A stretch of DNA of 64,000 nt, from assembly GCF_035084215.1 (NCBI RefSeq), contig NC_090333.1, positions 50,344,001 to 50,408,000 of the forward strand, written 5' to 3'. Positions 24,850-38,524 of this stretch are shown piece by piece (position 1 is the stretch's first letter; every line of letters begins with the position of its first letter). The translations under genes were made by a program, and so were the position numbers. Under the pieces are notes generated by a model. It was not told the origin of the DNA. It was given only the letters and a program-made list of their open reading frames with translations, and did no database searches. The DNA comes from Heptranchias perlo. Its lineage: Eukaryota.

Positions 24850-25790
24850 TGTTGTTAGGTAGAGAGTTCCAGGATTTTGACTCAGCGATGATGAAGGAAT
24901 GGCAATATATGTCCAAGTCAGGATGGTGTGTGACTTGGAGGGGACCTTGGAGCTGATGGTGATCTCATGCACCTGATGCCCTCATCCTTCTAGGTGGTGG
25001 AGGTCAGTTTGTGAGATGCTGCCAAAGAAGCCTTGGCGAGTTGCTGCAGTACATCCTGTAGATAATACACTGTTGTCACGGTACACCAGTGGTGGAGGAG
25101 GTAGATGTTTAGACTAGTGGATGAGGTGCCAATCAAGCAGACTCAGATGGTGTCGAGCTTCTTGAAGGCTGTTGCACCCATTCGGCATGTTTTTATTTAT
25201 TCATTCTCGGGATATAGACATCGCTAGCAAGGCCAGCATTTATTGCCCATCCCTAGTTGCCCTTAAGAAGGTGGTGGTAAGCCTTCCATCACACTCCTGC
25301 CTTGTGCCTTGTAGATGGTGGAGAGGCTTTAGGTAGTCAAGTGCCTAGGACACTGCCCTGAGGAACTCCAGCAGCAATGTCCTGGGGCTGAGGTGATTGG
25401 TCTCCAACAACCATAACTATTTTCCTTTGTAACAGGTCTGATTCCAGCCACTGGAGAGATTTCCCTGATCCCCATTGACTTCAATTTTACTAGGGCTCCT
25501 TGGTGCCACACTCAGTCGAGTGCTGTTTGATGTCAAGGGCAGTCACTCTCACCTCACCTCTGGAATTCAGTTTATGTTTGGACCACAGCTGTAATGGGGT
25601 CTGGAGCTAAGTGTTCCTGGCGGAAACCAAACTGAGCATCAGTGAGCAGGTAATTGGTGAGCAGGAGTGTTTAATGATCACTCCTTCCATCGATTTGCTG
25701 ATAATTGGAAGTAGGCTGATAAGACTGGAATTGGCCAGGTTGGATTTGTCCTCCTTTTTGTGGACAGGATATACTTAGGTAATTTTGTGT
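24850..25790 (-). mobile_element. LINE family B (CR1/L2-group RT) decayed, rearranged copy
   Basis: Reverse complement of 26270-27710 with an internal deletion and an extra 3'-tail piece at about 25190-25283. Confidence 0.85.
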
Positions 25791-26269
25791 TTGTTGGTGA
25801 ATTTTGCATTCCTCAGGGTGAGTGAAGAATGTTGAGTGCTAGAGATTGGAGCATTTTCCTATTTCAAACATTGAGTGTCAGTATCAAACATTCTGAGCTC
25901 AAGTAAAGCATTAGTTTAGACACAGAGTAAAGCTCCCTCTAGTCTGACCCAACAACACACCTCAGCCCTGTCTTTAGAACATCACCTCGTGCTAGTGTGG
26001 CATTTTTCCATTTCTCATACCAGCCATCCTGTAACTACTCCGGAAGAATTGCTCAAATCAGTGTGAGTGATAACTTTGTATTTTTGAATGCATTCATAAC
26101 GTTGTTAAAAATAGCATCCAGAGAAATTCTTCCTCCGCAAAGTAAGATTGGGAATTAGTCCCAGCAACAATTCCTTTGGAGTATTTAATTATCTGTGTCA
26201 CTACATCCATTTCTTCCTCCCTGCATCCCTCTTTGTTCAAATCAAATCTCATCATTGTCCGAGCTGTTT

Positions 26270-27710
26270 CAGTACAGCTACAACACTGGCATCCACCCGA
26301 CAATGTGGAAAATTGCCCAGGTATGTCCTGTCCACAAAAAGCAGGACAAATCCAATCCGGCCAATTACCGCCCCTCAGTCTACTCTCAATCATCAGCAAA
26401 GTGATGGAAGGTGTCGTCGACAGTGCTATCAAGCGGCACTTACTCACCAATAATCTGCTCACCAATGCTCAGTTTGGGTTCCACCAGGACCACTCAGCTC
26501 CAGACCTCATTACAGCCTTGGTCCAAACATGGACAAAAGAGCTGAATTCCAGAGGTGAGGTGAGAGCGACTGCCCTTGACATCAAGGCAGCATTTGACCG
26601 AGGGTGGCACCAAGGAGCCCTAGTAAAATTGAAGTCAATGGGAATCAGGGGGGAAAACTCTCCAGGTGCTGGAGTCATACCTAGCACAAAGGAAGATGGT
26701 AGTGGTTGTTAGAGGCCAATCATCTCAGCCCCAGGGCATTGCTGCAGGAGTTCCTCAGGGCAGTGTCCTAGGCCCAACCATCTTCAGCTGCTTCATCAAT
26801 GACCTTCCCTCCATCATAAGGTCAGAAATGGGGATGTTCGCTGATGATTGCACAGTGTTCAGTTCCATTCGCAACCCCTCAAATAATGAAGCAGTCCGAG
26901 CCTGCATGCAGCAGGACCTGGACAACATCCAGGCTTGGGCTGATAAGTGGCAAGTAACATTCGTGCCAGACAAGTGCCAGGCAATGACCATCTCCAACAA
27001 GAGAGAGTCTAACCACCTCCCCTTGACATTCAACGGCATTACCATCGCCGAATCCCCCACCATCAACATCCTGGGGTCACCATTGACCAGAAACTTAACT
27101 GGACCAGCCATATAAATACTATGGCTACAAGAGCAGGTCAGAGGCTGGGTATTCTGCGGCGAATGACTCACCTCCTGACTCCCCAAAGCCTTTCCGCCAT
27201 CTACAAGACAAAAGTCAGGAGTGTGATGGAATACTCTCCACTTGCCTGGATGAGCACAGCTCTAACAACACTCGAGAAGCTCCACACCATCCAGGACAAA
27301 GCAACCCGCTTGATTGGCACCCCATCCACCACCGGCGCACTGTTGCTGCAGTGTGTACCATCCACAGGATGCACTGCAGCAACTCGCCAATGCTTCTTCG
27401 ACAGCACCTCCCAAACTCGCGACCTCTACCACCGAGAAGGACAAGAGCAGCAGGTACGTGGGAACAACACCATCTGCACGTTCCCCTCCAAGTCACACAC
27501 CATCCCGACTTGGAAATATATCGCCGTTCCTTCATCATCGCTGGGTCAAAATCCTGGAACTCCCTAACAGTACTGTGGGGAACCTTCACCGCACGGACTG
27601 CAGCGGTTCAAGAAGGCGGCTCACCACCACCTTCTCCAGGGGAATTAGGGATGGGCAATATATGCCAGCCTCGCCAGCGATGCCCACATCCCATGAACGA
27701 ATAAAAAAAA
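26270..27710 (+). mobile_element. LINE family B, 5'-truncated, RT domain frameshifted
   Basis: NPANYRP, QFGFHQDHSAPDL, ALDIKAAFDR.WHQG, GVPQGSVLGPTIFSCFINDLP and MFADDC. Tail is cccacatcccatgaacgaataaaaaaaa. Confidence 0.95.
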
Positions 27711-28039
27711 TCCAATTTTTTCTTTCTTAGGGCTTTAAAACATGGAACTGCTCACATTTCTCAGTCCTGTTTTTCTACTGCAATCTGCAGGCGGTTGAAA
27801 CTTAAGCTAATCAATTAATGATGACTTTTTGCCTAAGCTTCTTTCCTACTCTTTTTAATCTTGGTGGTGGTGCACTGCATTATGGACTTGGGTTTCACAA
27901 TAATAATAAAAAAATAGCCTTCAAATCCATTCTTAACCAGATACTTGTATAGTTTCTTATTAAGAAAGATAATTGGCTTACCATCAGATTTTGATGGGAG
28001 TATATACCACATACCTACTATTTTGTAGAAAAGATTTTC

Positions 28040-28250
28040 TGTGGTTCAGTGGTAGCACTGTTGCCTTTGAGTCAGAAGGTTGGGGGTTCAAACCCCACTC
28101 CAGAGACTTGAGCACATAATCTAGGTTCTGAGGGAGTGCTGCACTGTCAGAGGTGCCATCCTACATTACAACAGTGATTACACTTCAAAAGTACTTCATT
28201 GGCTTTAAAGCACTTGGGATGTCATGAAAGATACTATACAAATGCAAGTA
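28040..28250 (+). mobile_element. Deu-domain SINE (SacSINE1-like), internally deleted
   Basis: tRNA-like head gtggttcagtggtagcactgttgcctttgagtcagaagg..gggttcaaaccccact plus an L2-like tail tatacaaatgcaag. Confidence 0.75.
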
Positions 28251-28829
28251 AATCCCAATATTTGGTATCAACATCTCCAGGATGGCATGAATTTTACTTT
28301 CAGTATCTAGCTGACAGATGCCTGCATCACAGTCATTTCAAGTTCTGTTCAAAATCTCAAAGGATCTAGTCTTTTTTCTTAAAATATAAAGGAAAGCCCA
28401 CACTAGTTCTGGTCAGGTCACACTCCCTATTTATTGTTTAATGGTATAGAATCCACTTTTTCAGATGTCTCTAACTTATTGGGTTCTGAAGCTGTGCTTT
28501 CCAATGATCTGCAGCTGCCATTGGTCTCATTTCACCTTACTTCATTGTGGTCTACCATTCGGGCTATGCAGATAACCATTTGATTTTTTTTGAAGATATT
28601 GACTCGTGTTTTGGGTAAATTGACGCTCCAGCATCTCGCCAAAGTGGCCACTCTTAGCATGTGTGCTTAAAACGTATTTACATTTCCCTATTGGGGTGGG
28701 AGTGGGGTGGGAGGGGGGTGCGGACATCACAGTTCAAAATGGCCATTCTTTACATGTGAGCTTGAACAGTGTTTGTAGACAATTCAACCATTGGGGCATC
28801 ACACAAGAACCTGATCCTTTTTTTGCCTA

Positions 28830-29495
28830 ATGTTTGTTATGTTTATTAACGATTTTGAGTGGAGCATGGATGGTATTGTTGTTAAATTTGCAGATGATAC
28901 TACATTGTGTGGTAGAGACAGGATCTTAGAAGAAGGAAATAGATTACATCTGGATTTTGGATAGATTGGGAAGACTGTGGAGATGGTGACAATCTGAGGC
29001 ACTGGAGAAGTGCAAAAACAATTTACAAGGATGATAATGGAACTGAGAGCTTATAACTATCAGGAAAGACTGAACAGGCTGGGGCCCTTTTCTCTCGAAA
29101 AGAGAAGGCGGAGGGGTGACCTAATAGAGGCCTTTAAAATTATGATGGGGTTTGATAGGGTAGATTAAAGAAGATGTTTCCATTTGTGGGGGTGTCCAAA
29201 ACTAGGGGTCATAAATATAAGATAGTCACTGATAAATCCAATAGGGAATTCAGGAGAAACTTCTTTACCCAGAGTGTGGTTAGAATGTGGAACTTGCTAC
29301 CACATGGAATAGTTGAGATGAATAGCATTGATGCATTTAAGGCGAATCTAGATAAGTACATGAGGGAGAAAGAAATGGAAAGATATGCTGATAGGGTTAG
29401 ATGAAGTAGGGTGGGAGCAGGCTCATGTGGAGTATAAACACCGGCATAGACCAGTTGGGCCGAATGGCCTGTTTCAGTGCTGTTAATTCTGTGTA
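28830..29495 (+). mobile_element. CR1 LINE fragment
   Basis: KFADDT motif near 28885, then KTRGHKYKI and FFTQSVVRMWN. 3' end gggccgaatggcctgtt. Confidence 0.88.
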
Positions 29496-29564
29496 AGTTT
29501 TTTCTTCTTTCTTTAATCTCTAGTGTCCTTTAGCACCTGCCAATTTTATACCGATAGTAGTAGA

Positions 29565-30250
29565 AATCGGTTTTGGGCCCATTTTCGGGCGCATAACCAA
29601 TGGCGCGCAGACAGCGAGCACCCCATCCGGCAGGCCTGAGGCTTGCCCGAGATTGGGCCTCGTACCTCATTTCAATAATTTTAGAAAGCTGCCGGCACCT
29701 GTCGAGCCTCCACAGGCAGCTCACTCATTACCTAATGATCAATTTTGGGCCTGGAAGAAGGTGGTGGAGAAAGGGAAGTGGGAGGGTTGATCGCAGGCAG
29801 GCAGTAGCCTTCAGGAGTGCTGCTCCTCCTGGCTTCACATCAAAGTTAAAAAAATTAACTTACCTTTCTGATGGCAGCTGCTTGCTAGACCACATCCATG
29901 CCAGGAAAACCCAAGTAGAGCAGTACACGTTCTGCTCAGGACAGCCCAATTTCCCAGACAGGTCCAAAAACAGACCTTAGGCCCCTCATTAGCATATGGA
30001 AGGGACCTAAGCCTGTTTTAGGTGGCTGCCATGGATATCTGAAATTCATCCAAGACCAATATCACATTGGACTTTATCAGGCGTCCTGAGGACACAGGGC
30101 ATAGCCCTGTGAAATTGGTCATTTTTGACCCCTTTTTCCGTCTGGAAAACAGGTGCAACAAGGACCAATTCCTATGCCATGTTATCTGATTCTGGGTTCA
30201 CAATTTAAGTTGCACCCAAGACCGCGCCTGACTACTAATCCTAAAATAGA
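29565..30250. mobile_element. MITE-like DNA element
   Basis: Shares blocks with 17575-18092 (ggccc..att..atatg...gcctgttttagg, ggagtgctgctcctcct). GC-rich and retains CpGs. Confidence 0.55.
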
Positions 30251-30859
30251 GAGATCTCTTGCGGAATGTCACTGCAGCTGGAGTACAGTACATTACTTTA
30301 CAATGGTCCTGCATTTATTCAGCACATTTTCTCTATCTGGATTGTGACACAACTGAAGAATCAGGGCCACAGTTTGGATCAGAGAAGCGGTTCCAACAAT
30401 AGGCTGATATTTGAAGCCACAAAGACACTATAGTTTTTGTTTTGGACAGAGGCCAGTCCAATCTGTATCTTTGTTTAAGATTTTACTGGTGTGTTCTTTC
30501 TCAAAGATAACAAATTGTTTCAGAGATGCTTTGTTTTCCCCATTAAAGGGCCATTGTCTTAGCAAGTGTTTGGAAAAGCTTTATATCTGTTAGCGTGTTA
30601 TCTGTTACTGTGGTGCAGTGATGCAAATTGCATCAAAACATGTATTTCACTGAACAAATTACTTTTAATTTTAAATGATAGAAAAGCTGTTCTCCTTCTC
30701 TGTAATGAAACGGTTCAATTGAAGAAGTGGTCTGTTTATAAACTGTAGGTGATTATAAAAACTCTTGGTCCTCCATTCTCCAAAAGATTGTGAGTGTTTT
30801 CCCTTCCAACCATGTAGCCAATTGGGAATTTCAATAAGCTATTCTTGATTAGGACTCCA

Positions 30860-31290
30860 GGGCTTCCCCAAAGACTCAACAAGTAAATATAATGTGTGGT
30901 GTGGTTCTGAGCAATACAGGTTAGGAAAGTCCCAGGTTTAATCCCAGATCTGGGCTAAATTGTCTGACTTCAGCCAAAGTAGCAGTGGGGGAATGCTACA
31001 ATTGGCCTCAATGTCCCCAAGCAATGGAGAACAAGAAAAAGCCAATGATTTGGCTTTTTCTTAACGTTTCTGATCATTAGCCAGTGATCCCTGGTGAAAT
31101 GAACATATGTGGAGTTTGATCATGAGTATTGGGATCATCTGTGATGTCCCCAGGGTGTAATAGTCTGCTGCTACCCACTACCTAGATCCACATATAAAGA
31201 ACAGCTAACTGCTAATGAAGCAGAGGGAATTAGTGCCTGTGGAATTGTACCCAAGCAGAAGTCACTGCTTTCAAGAGAATAGTGTATAAA
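30860..31290 (+). mobile_element. Family-X SINE-like copy (near full length)
   Basis: gtcccaggtttaatccc, gctacaattggcctcaatgtcccc, ccagtgatccctg and cacatataaagaacagc. Confidence 0.65.
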
Positions 31291-31879
31291 GCTGGAAAAA
31301 AAACATTCTAAGTAGAAACTTATCTGTAGCTAACAGGGAAAAAATAACCACATAGCTATATGAATGCAGAGGTCAACTAGAAATATAAATTTTGTACACC
31401 AGTTGTTATTCCTCCCCTGCTTCTACCTGCGGGATTATGGATTGGCTACTTCTATAAGTACTGTTTACCAATATTACATATTAACCAAATTAGAGAGATG
31501 TCCCCCACTCTAATAGTTCTAAATACATTTCCAAACTAGTCTTCTGATTAAGAAACATTGAAGTTTACATCACAAAAAGAGGCCATTCTGTCCATCGTGT
31601 TTGTGCCAGCTCTTTACAAGAGCAATCCAAAGCTACTCACACTGCCCTGCTCATCCCCATAGTCCTGTATGTTCCTTTGCTTTAAACATTTATCTACTTT
31701 TCTCTTAAAAGGACACAATAGCCTAGTGGTTATGACAGTGGATTAGCAACCCAGAGGCAAGTTATAAAATTAAATGTGGTCATTTGTGGGCTAGCAACAG
31801 GATTAAAAAACGTACAAAAGTTACATATTGGCTCGCTAATGCACTTCAGGGAAAGAAGTCGTAGCAAAACTGAAATCAA

Positions 31880-32765
31880 TGGGGAGGTTAAAGGAAAAAT
31901 TGTCCAGTGGCTGGAGACATATCAAACACAAAGGAAGATGGTTTATGGTCATCAGAGACCAGTCATCACGGCCCCAGGACATCCTCAGGGAAGCATCCTC
32001 AGCTGCTTCATCGATTATCTTCCCTTGGTCCCCAAGCTCAGGAGTGGGGGTGTTCTCTGACAATTCCAGTATTCAGCTTCATTCATAACTTCACCGATAA
32101 TTAAGCAGTTCATGCCAGTCTACAGCAGGACCTGGATAACATTCGGGCTTGAACAGACAAGTGGCAGGTAATGGCATCTCAAACAGAAAGTCCAGCCAGC
32201 TCCTCCTGACATTCAACAGTGCCTCCATTGCTGACTCCCCCACCATCAACATCTGGAGATCATCACTGACCAGGAGCTGAACTTGACCAGCTATATCAAC
32301 ACCATGGTTACAAGACAAGGGCAGGGGTTGGGTACTCTGATGTGTGGCTCGCCAGCATCTACAAGGTTCCAACCAGGAGTGTGTTGAAATACTCACTTAC
32401 CTGGATGGGTGCAGCCACAACAACATTCAAGAAGCTTGATGCCATCCAGGACAGTCATTTGCTTGATCAATGCCCTACCACTGGACTCAATATCCACCCC
32501 CTTCACCAGAACAGCAAGGTCATGGGAACACCATCACCTCCAAGTCACACCCCATCTTGGTTTGGACATAAATTGCTGATCATTTATGGTTGCTGGGTCA
32601 ATATCCTGGAATACCCACCGAACGTCATTGTGAAAGCACCATCATTACGAGGACTGCAGTGGTTGAAGGAGAGGACCCACCACCACCACCTTCGGAGGGT
32701 AAATAGGCCTGGGCAATAAATGCACCCTTGTCAGCATTGCCCACATCCTGCGAAAATTAAAAACA
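31880..32765 (+). mobile_element. Older LINE family B copy nested in a minus-strand CR1 3' end
   Basis: Degraded match to 26640-27710. The CR1 pieces at 31555-31715 and 32770-32990 flank it. Confidence 0.75.
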
Positions 32766-33395
32766 TGCAATGGTCCCTGCCTCATCTACTCCCTTTGGCA
32801 AAGCATTCCATGCTCACACAATTCTCTATAAAAGAAATGTTTCTTTCTCACAGTTCTCATTTTATATTGACAACCCCTTATCACAGACTCTCCAACTAGA
32901 GAAAATAATCTTTCTCTTTTCACTCTATCACAACCTCTCTTAAATCTGCTCTGGGCTTTCTCTGCTCCAATGGAAATAGTCCCAGGATTGTGCAGGGCTA
33001 GATTGTTAAATTGCAGCTCTTTAATTACCTATTAATGGACACCAATAGGGGGAGGGGAGTGACAAAGGATCAATCAACCATCTACAGAATCAATTGTTGT
33101 CAATTCACAGATGACACCAACAAACAGCTATGCTTTTTAAAAAAAGGGGAGTAAATGACAGTGTGGAAAAATTGTTAAATTGTCACTTAAATCACTCTAA
33201 CTCAAAACAAGATAAATGTATAAATCTCTGAAACCACTTTGCCTTGCTTCATCCTTCAAAAGCCTCCATTAAACTACCTCTTCAGCCACTGTCCTTAAAT
33301 TCCCCTTAACTTCTGCTCAGTTCTTATCTTGAACTGTGAAGCACCTCAGGATATTTTGCTACATCAAAGGCTTTATATAAATGGAAATTTCTTTA

Positions 33396-33584
<189 letters not shown>

Positions 33585-34508
33585 TCACGACAACTATGTA
33601 AATGGCAGTACTGTATCTTTGAAACAGGCAACACAATGGGTTAAAGGGGAACAGACAAACAGACATTCATATTTAATTTTAAATTCAAAGTCTTTATTTA
33701 TAGCTCCAGCCGTGGAAGGAGAGCAGAACCTCATACCTAGATGTTGCAGTAAATAAGATCAGTTGTTGATTGTATATGTTACAGTCTTGAAAGCTGCTTG
33801 TGTTTTTTTTAAATTACAGTTTGATTAAAATATTATCTCAGCTCTTTAAAAGTTTATGCTTAGATCAAGATTTTTAAAGATTAATTATTTTAAAAATGGT
33901 AAGTTGTAACACAAACTAGTACCTTTAAACACTCTCGCTAAAACAGAACTTAAATTGAGACTTTAGAATATAAAGGAAGATTTTTTTTTTCTCTACAAGG
34001 GTAATGCTCTATCTTCTTAAACTTATTTTTTCTTTCTTCCTTGAGTTTTCCCACACCAGGCAACCTCCACAAGTGACAGGGCAGGCAGAGTGTTGTGTTC
34101 CCAGGCCACTACCAATGCTTTTCTGAATCTGGATGCTAAGACACCCACTTCCTTAGAAAAAAGGTGTCTCTGCCTCTGATTTTCTCTCCCTTCCCAGGTC
34201 TCTTGAGCAGCTCACCCACTTTGAAACACTAGAAATCAGAATTGCAACGATTTGGGGACCACTGCGTAAACTCAAGCTCCACCACTCAATGCAACCTCTA
34301 TGAGAGAGAGCCTTATATCTTGAGTACTTTGATATTTGTTGATATCTTAATCATTTTTGGATTAGGGTTTGGTCTTAATAATTAATGAAGACAGGTGAAG
34401 CAGTCAGGGCAGCCTTAACTTATGCATTCCTGTATTATGTATGGTGTGACAGTCTTAATGATTGCAGTATCTTTTCCTTTAGACGTTAGGTGCTAAAAGC
34501 AGATTTCA

Positions 34509-34745
<237 letters not shown>

Positions 34746-34814
34746 TTACCAGCCTATGGTTTATCAGTTAAAGCAGGAGGAGCTATTCCTCCAAACTTCA
34801 GAGTAAAACTAATT

Positions 34815-35481
34815 AGAAACAGAAAATACTGGAAATACTCAGCAAGTCAGGCAGCATCTGTGGAGAAAAAAAGAGTTAATGTTACAGGTCGATGACCTTT
34901 CGTCAGAACTGGAAAAAATTTAAGGTTAAACAGTTTTTAAGCAAGTACAGAACCGGGGGAAGGCAGGAGGGAGGAAGGGGAGGGAGGAAGGGGAGGGGCG
35001 GAAAAAACAAAAGGGAAGGTGGAGGGCAGGAGTGATTAAATGACAAAAAGGGATGATGGTGCAAGGCAAGGAGGGTGGTATTGGGACAAGTAAAGAAACA
35101 AAAGATGGGTCTAGAGGAACTGCAAATGGCAACAGCAGAACCATTATCAGCACTTGCTGTGTGAAAAAAGGGGAGCAGTGGTTATGATCTGAAGTTATTG
35201 AAATCAATGTTGAGTCCAGAAGGTTGTAAAGTGCCTAATCGAAAGATGAGGTGCTGTTTCTCGAGCTTCATTAGAACAGTGTAAGAGCCCGAGGACAGAG
35301 AGGTCAGAGTAGGAGTGGGAAGGGGAATTAAAATGGCAAGCGACCGGCAGGTCAGGATCACGCTTGCGGACTGAGCAGAGGTGTTCAGCAAAGCGATCGT
35401 CCAATCTACGTTGGGCTTCCCAATGTAGAGGAGACCGCATTGTGAGCAGCGAATACAGTATACTAAATTGAAAGAATCCAA
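34815..35481 (-). mobile_element. Penelope-like element 3' end (GIY-YIG endonuclease plus pLTR tail)
   Basis: NLVYCIRCSQCGLLYIG...RRLDDRFAEH...PVACHFNSPSH...EKQHLIFRLGTLQPSGLN is a GIY-YIG domain of Penelope elements. The tail has a hammerhead-like motif at 34873-34910. Confidence 0.9.
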
Positions 35482-36134
35482 ATGCAGATTCTCCCTCCTT
35501 GTTAGTGTCTGGCAGGGTTATGACTAATCATGGCTAGGAGAACTAGAAGATTAGTGCATTAAGTTATTTGTCTATGGTTGTTCTAAAGAGGTGCATGAGA
35601 ACATCCTCATTATAAAACACACACTTTTTTTTGATCCCCCCCCCCCCACAATGTCATAATACCTGGCCTCTGTCTGTAGTCTCTCCACAGCAGCTTGGCT
35701 GAGTCAGCAACTTAGTGGAGCTATAGACCATGAGTACATGTCTCACCAGTCCCGGCCCCGTACTTTGAAACTCTATTTTGTTCTATCTGCCAACAAAATC
35801 TCTAATGAAAGTAAAAAGAGCGAAAATATGACTCTGGACATGTTACCGGCCGCCTTTATGTCTTAGATGGTTAAGGAGTTCACATGGGAAGTGTCAATAC
35901 TACTCAACTTTATATGGTTGTGTTTCTAGGGACTGTGGCATGAAATAAGAGAGCTGGACTAGAACACATTGCCAGAAGGAAGGAGTACAGAAAATAAATG
36001 CAATGCTTTCAAGAACACATAACTTAGAACACAAAGTGATCATATTCTGTTGGGAAAGAAGTGTTAGAGAAGAAACCAATGTGGCACCAAATAACAGAAG
36101 GATAAAGGAGGGAAAAAAAGAATGTTCCTCAAAG

Positions 36135-37710
36135 ATAATGAGGAGGTACTTAAAAGATTGGCAGTAATCAAGTAAAAAAAGTCACCCGGTCCAGATGAGA
36201 GGCATCCTAGGTTACTGAGGGAAGTAAGTGTGGAAATTGTGGAGGCTCCAGCAACAATCTTCCAATCTTCCTTGGATATGGGGGTGGTGCCAGGGGACTG
36301 GAGGATTGTAAGTGTTACACCCCTGTTCAAAAAAGGGGAGAGGGATAAACCCAGCAATTATTGCCAGTCAGCTTAATGAAGGTGGTGAGGAAACTTTTAG
36401 AGACAATAATCAGGGACAAAATAAATTGGCACTTGGAAAACTATGGGCTAATAAATGAAAGTCAGCACGGACTTGTTAAAGGAAAATCGTGTTTGACTAA
36501 CTTGATTTAGTTCTTTGATGAAGTAACGGAGTGGGTTTATGAGGGTAGTGCAGCTGATGTTGTATATATGGACTTTCAAAGGCATTTGATAAAGTACCAC
36601 ATAATAGGCTTGTTAGCAAAATTAAAGCCCATGGGATTAAAGGGACAGTGGCAGTGTGGATACAAAATTGGCTAGGGGACAGAAAGCAGAGAGTAGTGGT
36701 GAACAGCTGTTTTTCAGACTGGAGGGATGTATTCAGTGGTGTTCCCCAGGTGTCACTGCTCTTTTTGATATATATTAATGACGTGGACTTGGGTATATAG
36801 GGTATAATTTCAAAGTTTGCAGATGACACGAAACTCGGAAATGTCGTAAACAATGTGGAGAATAGTAACAGACTTCAGGAGGGCATAGACACGCTGGTGA
36901 AATGGGCAGACACATGGCAGTGAAGTACGAAGTGATGCATTTTGGTAGTAAGAATGAGGAGAAGCAATATAAACTACATGGCACCATTTTAAAGTGAATA
37001 CAGGAACAGAGACACCTGGGGGATGCACATACACAAATCTTTGAAGGTGGCAGGACAAGTTGAGAAGTCTGTTTAAAAAAAAAAGCATATGGGATCCTAG
37101 ACTTTATTAATAGAGGCATAGAGTACAAAAGCAAGGAAATTATGCTTAACCTTTATAAAACACTGGTCAGGCCTCAACTGGAGTATTGTGTTCAATTCTG
37201 GGCAACACACTTTAGGAAGGATGTCAAGGCCTTAGAGAGGTTGCAGAAGAGATTTACTAGAATGATGGCCAGGGATGAGGGACTTCAGTTATGTGGAGAG
37301 ACTGGAGAAGCTGGGGTTGTTCTTCGAACAGAGAAGGTTAAGGGGTGATTTAATAGAGGTGTTCAAAATCATGAACGGTTTTGACAGAGTAAATAAGGAG
37401 AAACTGTTTCCAGTGGCAGAAGGGTCGGTAACCAGTGGACACAGATTTAAGGCGATTGGCAAAAGAGCCAGAGGCGATATGGGAAACATTTTTTTATGCA
37501 ACGAGTTGTAATAATCTGGACTGCACTGCCTGAAAGGGTGGTGGAAGCAGATTCAAAAGTAACTTTCAAAAGGGAATTGGATAAATACTTGAAGGGAAAA
37601 AATTTACAGGGCTATGGGGAAAGAGCAGGGGAATGGGACTAAGTGGATAGCTCTTTCAAAGAGCCGGCACAGGCACGATGGGCCGAATGGCTGTACCTTC
37701 CATGATACTA
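36135..37710 (+). mobile_element. CR1 LINE, about 1.6 kb decayed RT fragment
   Basis: KSPGPD, VTPLFKKG, DF.KAFDKVPH, KFADDT and LVRPQLEYCVQFW. 3' end gggccgaatggc. Confidence 0.93.
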
Positions 37711-37859
37711 TGAAGTAGGTCAAAGGCCAGAGGATATAAGGATAAGGTTAAGAACTGGTCAGGACAGCTATAAAAGAAAATAAAATTGCAGGAAATGTAG
37801 AACACAGTGTAGGATTCTGTAAGCAAACTGTCTGGTGCAGGACTGAGTAAGACAGACAA

Positions 37860-38130
37860 GGGTGGTTCCAGGTTTCATCATTGGCCTGTGCTGAAATGGC
37901 TGATCTCAGTTAGGGTAGCAATGTGTGCTACAATTGGCTTCAGCTCCCCTGAGCTAAGGATGAGAAAAATATGTTGTTATTCATGCTTGTTATGGCTATC
38001 CAACAATTGCTGCTTAAGCTGTACGTGTGGATGTTGAATGAGGTCAAAGTCAAGCTTGCTTTTAATGCTCCCAGTGGTCAAATAACCTGCCTGCACTCAA
38101 AGAATAACCAGTTGGGAAAGTTAGTGGCCT
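37860..38130 (+). mobile_element. Family-X SINE-like copy
   Basis: ctgtgctgaaatggctgatctcag...ctacaattggcttcagctcccctgagcta. Confidence 0.6.
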
Positions 38131-38524
38131 AAATTAGCACCTGCAAAAGGAAATTTAACTGAAAAAAATACTTTAGCTATGTTCTGATCTGATCTTGTCA
38201 GGAATTAAAGCATGGACTTGACTGGCTACGCTGTTTACTGGAGAATAGGAAGCAGGAATAAATATCGGCCTGGGTTGAATACCATTCCCAAAAGAGTTAT
38301 TTTCTTGCTGAATGTTCAAAGTGGTGCAAATACAATGTTAATAGTTTCCTATTATGCAATTCTATTATGGTCGTTCTTTCTGTGAGCTTTTCTTCCTCCT
38401 GCCTACAATATTGCAGTATTGAAATCAAGACTTATTTCACTATCTCCTACTAACTCATTTTTCCAGGAGTTTAAAGCTGTGGAACTCCTCGCCTCCTTCT
38501 GTCCTTCCTTCCTCCCTCCTACAA

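Noticed and set aside
28040-28110. tRNA genes (also at 3595, 14230 and 61595)
   Set aside because: These are tRNA-derived SINE heads that run on into SINE bodies. No complete cloverleaf.
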